Source: a bacterium
GTDB lineage: Bacteria > SAR324 > NAC60-12
Reading direction: 5' to 3'
Assembly: GCA_965233585.1 (NCBI GenBank)
Contig: CBDDTI010000451.1
Coordinates: 1 to 20,936, forward strand
Length of the DNA stretch: 20,936 bases
The notes under the pieces are model-generated. The model had not been told where the DNA came from and made no database searches. It was given only the letters and a program-made list of their open reading frames with translations. The position numbers and the translations under genes were made by a program. Shown in pieces: positions 1-9,989 of the stretch. The number at the start of each line of letters is the position of its first letter. Position 1 is the stretch's first letter.

Positions 1-143
1 CTGCGCCGCTGCAGCCTTTGAGATTTTCTTTCACATGGGATGGGATCAAGATGAGATCAAGATGGGTAAACGGTAAATGAAAATTATGTAAACGGTCAAA
101 AGTTTGGACCGCAGACAGCTGTGCCTTATCGCCCTATCCTTAG

Positions 144-3100
144 GCCAGCTGCGGCTCCAGAAGCGGATGAAATGATCGTCGCCCTTGCGCTCAGATGGGC
201 CACGCTCCATGCGGTCACAGGTGGTGAGTGTGCTTTAAATTGGAGGATGGACCCAACAACTTGTCATTTGTATTGCGAAAATAGATCGGGATTCTAGGGT
301 CCCCTATGTGAGACAAATCGTACGGAGATGGTACCCAAAGAATTTGGTTGTTTTGGGGCAAAATAACCGAATTTGTGTGGTTCCCAGATCTGAAACTATC
401 CTTAACCCATACCCATACCAGCTCCCAGGTTGCCCCATGGCTGGCGCTTCTTTGATTTTGTAGAAGGTGCTTACCAACCATGCATGTCATAGGCTATAGA
501 AAATGACCATGGGGACATTGGCACAATCACTTAATGTGAGCTTACCAGCGTATAGTATCCCCCTCCTTATAATTAAAATACAAGATCCTTCAATATTTCC
601 TCCAGCCTTTGAGATTTAACATTTCAACAATATATCAACATCCATGATATCATAGTGATATCTCCTTTGTATCCCCAAACTGTTTGATCCCATCATGATG
701 CTCCAGGCCCAGTTGATCTCCATGGGCATCGGTGAGAATGCGGTGAGCATGGGCTCAGCCATGGGACTTGGGCCCTGTAAAAACTGTTTGGGGATGCACA
801 ATCTTCCTTGACATCCACTGAAGTTCACATATCATCCACGAAATCATGACTATTAAAAAGTGCAAAAGATCTATGAAATCAACATTTTTTAAAGGAATCC
901 CCGTTCCACGATTGGTCAAATGGTTCAACCCCCCAAAATTGTCCCCTCAATTTCAATGTCTTGCCAGGCCAAGCGTGCCAGCCTCGCCGTCAACAACTCG
1001 GGGGCCGAAGCAGCCTGCGCCTGGTGCCGGGGTGGGTGGTAGTGGACCCCATGCCTAAGTGTCCCAAGTGTCCCAAGAATGGTGGGGTTCATAGCAGGGT
1101 GACGTTTTGTGAGTCCCGTGCAGGTTCTTCGAACACAGTGAAGATCCAGACATCAATTTGCCGCCTGCTGCTGGACTGGCGGGCGATCGTCGGTTTTCAA
1201 ACGAGATTGATGCTGAAGTTTCCAGCGATTTTCGTCGCAGGAGCCCAACCTGCTGGTGACGCTGGGTCTGGATCTCAGCCGCAGCCAACAGTGACACCGG
1301 GGGATATCCAGAAACGCCCACAGGTTTGATCCTGAAGCAGTGTCCACGTTGTGCTCCATGGGCTTTGCAGAAGCCCATGTGCGAGCGGCCCTGAAGTCGT
1401 GCCTTGGCTGCTCTTGGACTTAGATTTGAGGCCCTCCAACAGATACATGCTATTTTGATCTATTCTGGATGGTGTGGTTTTGAGACTTGGAAAAAGTCTC
1501 CATGTTTCTTATACCGAACAAATCCATAGGAGGCATACAACCTCATAAATAACAGCTAAACAATTGTAATCATATATTATATATATATATAGAGATCTAT
1601 TTGCAAACAGAACATTCAATTCAGCGCACAAAGATGTACAAAAACAATGTTGTTTACCATGAAATGATAGGAATTGGAATCAATAAATGATCTGTCCCAA
1701 ACCTTGCCACCTGGCCCCATACCCAGGTGCATGAACAGTGTGGAGCGAGCGGCCGATTGGCCGGGGCCCCTGTGGCCAGGTGTCGCCCTGTGGGGTTCAA
1801 CGGTGTGGGGAAGTGAGTCATTCTGGTAGGGGCAACTCGTCCAAAGAAATGGCCCTTGTGCGGATTGGTGAATGATGAAGATGTGCACAGAATTTCAATT
1901 GCCGAATTTCGGCTAGATCGTAAAATTTAGTTGTCAAGTTGTGGACTGAGCATGTTTTGGCGCTTCAGGTTTTGGCTGCATGCCCAGCAAAAGCCAAATC
2001 ATATCTTCAACGCACTTCATCGCTCACATCTTCATGGCTCACATGGGAGGTTGCAGCAAAGAATCAACAGGTCCACATTTGGTTGATTCTTTTAGGTCAT
2101 TATGATTATCATGTCACCAGTTTTTGTTGGCAGCGTTCCAGCCCCAGATGGGTAGTTGAACATCATACTTGTATTTGCGACTGGGGCTTTATGTTGCCCT
2201 TTCAATGGTGCTTTGTACTGATGGGCTTGCAGTTCCATCCTACCCATGCAAAGAGCTTTGGGCATGTCCAAACCTATTGACAAGTCACCTTTAGGCTGGG
2301 TTTCCAGCGAACACCTACGGCGATGGAGATCCGGAATTCGTTGCTGATATTAGGCTGTAATTTTCAAGTCTCACATTGTTAGGCACTGCCACATACCCAA
2401 GCAATCCCCAAGGCAGGATGAACAAAACTGATATCGCCAACTGCCCGCTGTGCTCTGTGCCAACTGCCACCACGACGTCAACAACCGAAGGAACGAAGGT
2501 AGCATTGACCCATGGCCATTATCGATGGGTGTCCTACAATGACAAGCTGCGACAAGCTGCGACAATGCCAAAATATCTTTGCCATGGGACTTTTAAGGAC
2601 TTAATGCCTTCAATTGGAGTGGCACTTGCGTCGTCAAGAAGCACGCAGTCTACCTCCAGCGTGGCCAGATTGGCGGGTACCAAGAAAGACTGGTGCGATG
2701 GGTAGCCCATTGACATGGCCAACCGGCACTTCGCATCGCTCCTGCTTGTGCATTACTTGTCATTACTTCATCTTCGATAAATTATGTGTTTTGGAAGATT
2801 GTGGGTTCGATTGGTGCTAGGTATGAACAGCCATTGCTTCGTACTAGGGAAAGTTTCATTGATAATCACATTGATATTTGTAGCGGCAATCATCATCACC
2901 ACCACCACTACCAGCATCAGAATCAGCATCATCATCATCATCACCATCACCATCACCATCATCATCACCATCACCACTACCACCACCACTACCACCACCA
3001 CCATCATCCATCATCATCATCATGATCATGATCATGATCGTGGAAATCCTACAGGGACATGTCCATGAGCAACTGTTATTTGCGTGGTTGTCAGTACACC

Positions 3101-4670
3101 ATTTTGGTGTGGGTCCTTTCCCACGGCTTACCTCCCAAGGCTTTTCTCACACGCAGACGATCTGGATGCAGCCGTGGCTGCGGTGAATGGCAGTGGCACA
3201 GCGGTGGCTGGGCAAAACTCAGGGGATGACCGACTGATGACTGATTGCTGAAGGCTGGCAAGTTAAATCTTCAGAATCTACAGGGCTATATGTGGAAACC
3301 CGATCTCACCCTTGCTCCCTCGAGGGTCGGGATCTTTCCTGGCTAAACTTTAAACATACTTCCATTTTTTCACGAAGTGTGACATGAAGTTGGACATGGT
3401 TTTGCTCAAGAATTGAAGCGGACAAAACTCTCCATGGACAACGTGTCTTCCAGGGGTTGTTTCAACGCTATTTTGATCCATGGTGCAAGACAAAAAGTGG
3501 AAGTGTAGGCAACTCCTTGCCCATTCCATGAACCCCTAGAAATGTTCCCAAAAAACAACGATAAGACCAGCAAAAGATGGATTGTTTCCTGCCACCGTTG
3601 GGTTCAGTGCTCCCTGGCGCTCCAGGCCGGGCCGAGTCGAGTGGACAATGAAGATGGCGTGGGCGAGTGCCCAGCGATGATGCCTGTTGGAAGCTTCAAA
3701 CATCTTCAAACTAAAGATTGCATGAAAATGGATGAACTACTTGGCGTTTCATGGTTAGGCTGAATCTAGCATTGATTTTTTAAATGGGTTTACAGCAGCT
3801 GCCTACTGTTGATCTCAGCATTGCGAATTGGTGCAGTTTTCGAACAGAAGTGCGAGGTACGAACTCCTGGGGTTTGTGTCCCACATTGGAAAGCACACCT
3901 CTCATGGGCATTATGTTTGCCACATGCACTTCCCTCAGTCACTTGTTGTGGGACGCGGTATGTTAAATGCCTTTATGAAAGGCATCATGGCAACCCAACA
4001 GTGAAAGGTTCCAGCAAGGTTCCAGGACTGTTCCGGTTTTTCGGGGCGCCCGGCCCCAGAGACTGAAATGCAATAGATTCGCTGTTGGGAATAAGGATGG
4101 TTCAAAAAGACCGCAAGAAATAGTGATATTCATATGCCAATAATTACCCACGTTGTAGATCCCTTTGCGGCAACTGAGGCGACGGGGTGAGGGTGGCTCC
4201 TGGGTGATCTTTGATGATAGCAAGGCATGGGGTTGAGCCGCCGTCCCAAAAAATATGAATCAAAAAGTCTGCCAAGGTCGGATCTCCCGTAGCCCACAAA
4301 AGCCTAGCCTTCGATTAGCTCCCGCCAGGTGGCGAAATCCGAAGCTCCACCATTGGATTTGGGCCATCCCCTTAGAATGGAGAAAAAAAACATCCCTGAT
4401 GTGGACCTATTGAGCGGGCAAATTGTTGGCAGTTTCAACATCTTTCAAAGCTTGTTCATTTTGACTGGAAGCGATGCCAGTTTCAAGCAGTTGGCAAGCA
4501 TTTTGTTGGGAAACTATGTTCATTGGTTGGTGCTTACTACTTTGATTTGCCAGGTTATCTTTACCTCTATAGACGGAAGGACTTTTGGAGTTGCATTGCA
4601 CTTACTTGGCTTTGCTTTGAAAGTTTGGGAATTCAAAGCACAGCACCTTGAATGTTGAAAGGACGCCTGA
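144..4670 (+). CDS. UBP14: Ubiquitin carboxyl-terminal hydrolase of the USP5/USP13/UBP14 (isopeptidase T) type; 3' portion, multi-exon, 5' end outside the window
   Basis: Hand-spliced exons 144-180, 707-742, 968-1023, 1124-1173, 1241-1265 (end uncertain), 1324-1398, 1727-1759, 3140-3203 (end uncertain), 3626-3666, 3857-3925, 4179-4224, 4329-4362, 4554-4579, 4662-4670 join in frame. Translation: UBA1 (EMIVAQLISMGIGENAAKRASLAVNNSGAEAACAWFFEHSEDPDIN), UBA2 (FDPEAVSTLCSMGFAEAHVRAALKSCMNSVERAADWLFSH), His box (YELLGFVSHIGKHTSHGHYVCHM...WVIFDDSKV) and the typical C-terminus PPLDLGYLYLYRRKDA*. Two UBAs inserted before the His box are diagnostic of the USP5/UBP14 family. The last micro-exon (GA donor) is the least certain. 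Confidence 0.93.
2889..3038. repeat. (CAT/CAC)n trinucleotide microsatellite, ending in (CATGAT)n, inside the largest intron of the deubiquitinase gene
   Basis: About 150 bp of atc/acc/cac triplets seen directly. It accounts for the poly-His, poly-Thr and poly-Val/Met ORFs. Confidence 0.95.
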
Positions 4671-4942
4671 GCCTGAGCCAGAGACTAAACCTGAAAAATA
4701 TTTCCAAAAGCAAAAATTATAATTAATATAATGATTTTTTGATAAATATTAGAAGAAAAAACTAAACGACGGATGACCTGAGAGCGTACAGGAGCAAGGT
4801 ACTTAAATCTAAATATAAACAAAAACATTATAGATATAAGAAAAGGCAATGATAACGATGGAAAATGAAATATTTATTATTATCTTTGTGAAAGAGGCAA
4901 GATGTTATTAAAATGAAAGCTGAAGTACGAAGATAAATATTC

Positions 4943-5077
4943 GAAGGAATTTTAGAAAACAAACTTTTACAATATGGGCAGATGAAAAAGCAAAGATGGG
5001 AAGAATTAGAGAAGAGACAGAAATAAGATTAAAAAGAGAAAGTCTCAGAAAAAAAGATCTAGGTGCGCGAAAAGGTA
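4943..5077 (+). repeat. 5' fragment of a purine-rich interspersed repeat (…gaaggaattttagaa…gatggg aagaattagagaagag…aggtgcgcgaaaaggta), apparently interrupted at a TA
   Basis: GA-rich degenerate sequence. From memory it resembles an abundant Symbiodiniaceae interspersed repeat whose continuation appears at 8559-8642. Not verified by a search. Confidence 0.5.
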
Positions 5078-5619
5078 CTGGGTAGTAGACCTTACTCGTC
5101 TTATTTTACGAGAAGTCGTTTCGCAATCGTCGTGCCTATGGGAAGTGCTGTTAGATACCTCATTCTAGATTCGTTATATGTTTTGGGGTATGTTGAATTT
5201 TTGATGCAAATCGTAATGGTACGATGCTTTGGACTGGGATTAGGATTTATTTAGGGAATTTTTATTCCTATAGGTCGTTTATATAGATAGTTTACTATTA
5301 TTAGACAAAAAGATTGCTAAATATAAAAATAATTTAAATCCTTTTAATGACATAAAAAGGAATGCCTTATATAGATGTATGATAGGACGTATCCCGAAGG
5401 TTTTTATTTTATCCTGAAGATTAAAATTCGTATCGTAATACCTTATATCCGCCGGAAATTTTATTATATACTCTTTTTTATTGAAGGCTTGAGGTTAATG
5501 ATTTAAATGTTACTTATATGATGGTTTTGAATAGGAAGTATATTGTTTTTTTTAAATAATGTTTATCGGGAGAGAAACTTCTGTTTTGCGGGGATTTAAT
5601 AGAATAAAGTATAGAAAAG

Positions 5620-5730
5620 GGTAGATTAGAGTAGGGAGGAGTAGAGTAAAGAAGAATAGAATAAAGTGGAGGTGAGTAGAAAAAATAAAATAAAGAAGAT
5701 TAGGGTAAAATAGAGAATTTATAGGAAAGG
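5620..5730 (+). repeat. Degenerate (GAGTA/GAATA)n pentanucleotide simple repeat
   Basis: gtagattaga gtagggagga gtagagtaaa gaagaataga ataaag… seen directly. Confidence 0.6.
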
Positions 5731-5963
5731 AAAGTATATGAGTAGAAATTTATAGGTTTTGTTTTGTTTTTTGGATATGTTATTTTAAATTTTATTATTT
5801 AATAAAAATATAAATTTGGATTAATTATATTTTTTATAATAATTTAATTTTTTATTTATTATAAATTTAATATATTATATTTAGAATAATTCGGAATTTA
5901 TAGTATAATATTATTTAAAATTATTAGTTAATTATTATATTTTTTAATAAATATAGAAAAATG

Positions 5964-6756
5964 TTAAATTCGAGGTATTTGAGCTTATATTCGTGGTATT
6001 TGAGGCTGAAGATTTATGAATACTTAATATACCCGGTTACCGTTATTATAAATAATTAGACTAAAATATATTAAAGTAATAATATATTAAAGAGGTTGAA
6101 AAGATTTAAATACAAAATAATAATAGGAATTTTATTTTAAAAAAAAAAAAATTGAAAAACTTATTTTGCTAGGATTAAATTTGGATTTATGCGGGTTAAT
6201 TCTTTTTAAATATTTTTTAATAAGATAAATAAGGATAGTGTATTATTAAATGTACATATAAGTTATCTATATATACTTCCCGAAGACCAACCTTATTATT
6301 GTTAGTAACTCTAAATATTTGATGGCCTGTTGGGGGGCATGGTATTTGCCGGTTGCACCCGCCAGGTTTTGGATATTCTTAAGAGGACTTGTGGAAAAAG
6401 CAAGATAATGATTGGGTTCCGTGTAGATTACACCATGATGGGGTTTATTTACGAATTCCGTACAAGTAGCATGTACCGTGGTGGTGGGTGACTGGCTTGG
6501 TATTTTTGTTCAGTATTTGGCTTCTGAAGGTATAGAATTATATTTCTGTTAAATCAAAGGTAAATGTAACCAATGCTAGCTATCTGTGGGACCCTTAAAA
6601 TCGGAGCACATATAAGATACCTTGCCTGAAGATCTATGGACATATTCCCAAAAAATCGATGTATTTGCTTGGTTTTTCTTCCTCAAAAAGGTGTTGGCCA
6701 TGTGAGAAGTAACATAAGATATCAATAAATATTTGTAATTTTCCCAAAATACCGGT
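5964..6756 (+). repeat. Left arm of a ~0.8 kb long inverted repeat (pairs with 7461-8308)
   Basis: Aligns as reverse complement to 7461-8308 throughout, e.g. 6588 gggacccttaaaatcggagcaca vs 7606 tgtgctccgattttaagggtccc, and 6351 ggttgcacccgccaggttttggatattcttaagaggacttg vs the 7888-7928 region. Confidence 0.95.
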
Positions 6757-7467
6757 GGACATTTGGGATTCGAACTTCCCAAAAAAAAAACATGCACATG
6801 TTGGGAACTTCCTTAGAAAATCGATGCACGTATTGGGAACTTCCCCAAAACAAAATAGCGGCGCGCATGTTGAGAACTCCATCAGAAAATCTATGCAAAT
6901 ATTCGGAACTTCCCAGCAAAATGGATGCGCATGTTGTGAACTTCTGCCAGAAATTGATAGACACGTTGGTAACCCCCTCTATATATCGATGGACATCTAG
7001 TTGGCAATTTTCGTTCAAAAATGATGAACACGTAAGGAGTTTCCCCGGAAAATCGGTTTCCACATGTTGGGAACTTCCCCAAAAATAGCGGCGCACATAT
7101 TGGGAACTTCCGCGGAAAATCGATGCACATGTGGAACTTTCCGCGGAAAATCGATGCACATGTTGCGAACTTCCACCAAAAAATCAATGCACATTTCGGA
7201 ACGGCACCAAAAAATCAATGCACATTCTGGAACTTCCCAGAGAAGTCGATGCACCGGACGGGCTCGGGTGCATTGATTTTTGGGATTGACGCTGACCTGG
7301 TCCGAGGCGGAGTCTTTTCGCTATTTTTCGGTTTAAACCTATCTTGTGCATTGATTTTGGTTCACCACCCCTTAAACAAAATCAATGAATGCACCGGACG
7401 GCGGGGGGTGCATTGAAAACCATTGATTTTGAGAGGGGGGTGTTATTTTTATAATGGTGAACCGGTA
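6030..7467. mobile_element. Putative non-autonomous TIR DNA element (~1.44 kb), TA-flanked, with an internal tandem array
   Basis: The left end tacccggttaccgttattataaataa (6030) resembles the reverse complement of the right end ttatttttataatggtgaaccggta (7443-7467; rc taccggttcaccattataaaaataa). Both ends terminate in TA. No transposase ORF inside. Confidence 0.5.
6757..7255 (+). repeat. Tandem minisatellite, ~30-36 bp unit (aaaatcgatgcacatgttgggaacttccc-like), roughly 13-15 degenerate copies
   Basis: The cores gatgcaca..tgggaacttcc recur at about 6792, 6823, 6893, 6924, 7063, 7094, 7122, 7153, 7187 and 7218. Confidence 0.9.
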
Positions 7468-8308
7468 TTTTGGGGAAGTTCCAATGTTTATTGATATCTT
7501 TTGCTACTTCTCATATGGCCAACGCCTTTTTGAGGAAGAAAAACCCAGCAAGTACATCGATTTTTTGGGAATATGTCCATGGATCTTCAGGCAAGGTATC
7601 TTACATGTGCTCCGATTTTAAGGGTCCCACAGGTAGCTAGCATTGATTGTATTTACCTTTGATTTAACAAAAATATAATTCTATACCTTCAGAAGCCAAA
7701 TACTGAACAAAAATGCCAAGCCAGTCACCCACCACCACGGTACATGCTGCTTGTGCGGAATTCGTAGATGAACCCGTCATGGTGCAGTCAGTCTTTACGG
7801 AACCCAATCATGTAAGTAGATTTTTTGTTGAAAATTGGCAGGTACATCCTTATTTTTTTTTCAATTGATGTTATCTTGTTATTTCGACAAGTCCTCTTAA
7901 GAATATCCAAAACCTGGCGGGTGCAACCGGCAAGTGCCATGCCCCCCCACACCTAGGCCATCAAACACTTGGAGTTGCTGACAGTAGTGAGGTTGGTCTT
8001 CGGGGGATGGCTTGTATGCACTTGGTTTGATAATATACGGTTCTTATTTATCTTATTTAAAAGGAATTAACCCGCATGGATTCAAACCTGATCCTGACAA
8101 GGTAAATTCTTCCAATATTTTTTTTAAAATAAAATCCCTATTATTACCTTGGTGTTTGAACCTTTTCAACCTCTTTGGTGGACTATTGTTTTAGTCTATT
8201 TTAGTCCAATTACTTATAACACCGATAACCGGATGGAAGGTCGATATCAGAAACGGCAAATGTTCAGCCTCAAATACCACGAATATGGTTTCAGATACCT
8301 CGAATTTA
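7461..8308 (-). repeat. Right arm of the long inverted repeat; carries a ~60 bp segment (about 7811-7870) absent from the left arm
   Basis: Reverse-complement match to 5964-6756. Both arms end internally at ACCGGT (6751-6756 and 7461-7466). Confidence 0.95.
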
Positions 8309-8767
8309 AAATAAAAATAATTTACTAATTTTAAAGGATTTATTTTTTTATTTATATTAATTTTAATAATATTTTTTTTATATAATATAAAAATATAAAA
8401 ATTAAAATAATCGATATTATAATATTTAATTAATTTTTTATATATATTATGTAATATAATAATTTCTTAATATTGGGTAATTTTTGAATTTTATTTTATA
8501 TTATATGTTTTAATAAAATAATTTTATATTAAAAGAAATATAAAAAATTATCTATTTATAGGAAAATTCCGAAAAAAGGATTTTCTTCAATCTATGGCTC
8601 TAGAGGGTCGAAAATTACGATTGTTAAAGGTGGATGCGGAATTATTATTATATATAATAATATAAAATATATTTTTTAATTAAAAATATTAAAAAATAAA
8701 AAATATTTTTAGAAATGAAAATTTAATTTTAAATTAAAATTATTAATAATTATTTTATTTTGAGTAA

Positions 8768-9645
8768 TTCCCAATATAATATTTGTTATTTTCTTACCCG
8801 TATTTTTTTTGATATATGTATTTTTTTAAATTTTTACCAATTTATGAGGTATATTTTTTGGCATTCGATCTGGTATTTTTTTATATATTTGACAAATATT
8901 TCGAATTTATGTTGGAATATTTATAATGTTCCACTTGATATCTCAATACTTATTTTAGGTGGTATACCTCCATATATTTAATTTAACATAATTTCTAATT
9001 TTTTATTTAAAATTTGATTTTCTGACATCCTATTTAATATATTTTTTGATATTTTGTCTGGCATATTTTCTGGTATTCTATTTAAGATGGTTTCTGACAT
9101 TTTATTTGGTATCGCTTCTGACATTCTACCTGGTATATTTTTGGCACATATTCTGACATATTTTTTGCTATTTTATTTAATATCTATTTGTCGTATTTTT
9201 GGCATATCATTTGATATATTTCCTGAAATTTATTTGACAAATATTTTGATATTTTATAGAAAATATTTTGAAATATTTTATTTGATATTTTTTATGGCAT
9301 ACGATTTGGAATCTCTTCTGGCATTCTATCTGGCATATCCTCTATTTTTTTTGGTATATCATGAGACAAATTTTCTCGGATTTTATCTCGTATATTTTTC
9401 CGTGTTCTTTCTGATATTCTATTTTGGTATATTTTCTGGAATTCTATTGAGGTCCAGTTGTTCGCATTGACTTGGGGAGGTCTTAGGGTGTGGTCCAGTA
9501 GTGCGTATTCAGCTTCGAAGTAGGCAGGGATGGTAAAAAAGAAGAACACGGACCAGGAGGAGGAGGGAAAAAGAAAAGGAGGACACGGGGGAGGAGGAGC
9601 ACATCTCTGATAAAATTTAATAACCCTCAGCCGGCAGGCAAGGAA
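8768..9645 (+). mobile_element. Interspersed repeat element with an internal 12-bp-period minisatellite (tctggcat/tctgacat units), a gaggtccag motif region and a GGA-rich tail
   Basis: ctgacat/ctggcat units recur at about 9020-9445, followed by gaggtccag, ggtccagtagtgcg, (gga)n and ataaaatttaataaccctcagccggcaggcaaggaa. The element starts ttccc and ends aggaa (possible very short terminal inversion). The minisatellite is seen directly; assignment to a common Symbiodiniaceae repeat family is from recollection only. Confidence 0.65.
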
Positions 9646-9989
9646 TTGAGCATTTTAGTTTTTTTGCAATGGCGATATCGAAAAAGGGTATGTTATTGTT
9701 TTGTCTCGAAAGTAATAATGGAAAATTTTGCTGGATTTTAGAGTATGGTTGGAATAAGACATTTTTTAAAAAATTATCCAGTAACATTTCAAAAAAATGT
9801 AGATATTCTTTTGCTATATGTCAGATTTCTTTTAAAATTTGTAATTTCGATAAATGAAAAAATTTCGTAGAAAATTTACAGAAGCAAGTAAACAATACCT
9901 TTGTGACAACCTTGACATACCAAACCACACCGCTTTCATTAATTATACCACAATTTCCCACAACGACGAGTATGCCAAATTTTTTCCCC

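Noticed and set aside
2768..3068. Poly-His / poly-Thr / poly-Val ORFs
   Set aside because: Translations of an intronic CAT/CAC microsatellite.
4580..4650. Read-through C-terminus RRKDFWSCIALTW… for the deubiquitinase
   Set aside because: Family members end a few residues after YxYxR, and a GA-AG intron giving RRKDA* fits better. It cannot be excluded without cDNA.
6757..7255. CRISPR-like array of ~30 bp repeats
   Set aside because: Units are degenerate and head-to-tail without unique equal-length spacers; there are no cas genes and the context is eukaryotic. It is a minisatellite.
6576..7416. Cluster of overlapping 70-145 aa ORFs on both strands
   Set aside because: Produced by the stop-poor tandem repeat; no domain motifs.
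9054..9549. Hydrophobic 138 aa ORF and antisense ORF
   Set aside because: Translation of the 12-bp-period minisatellite (repeating SGI/SDI), not a membrane protein.
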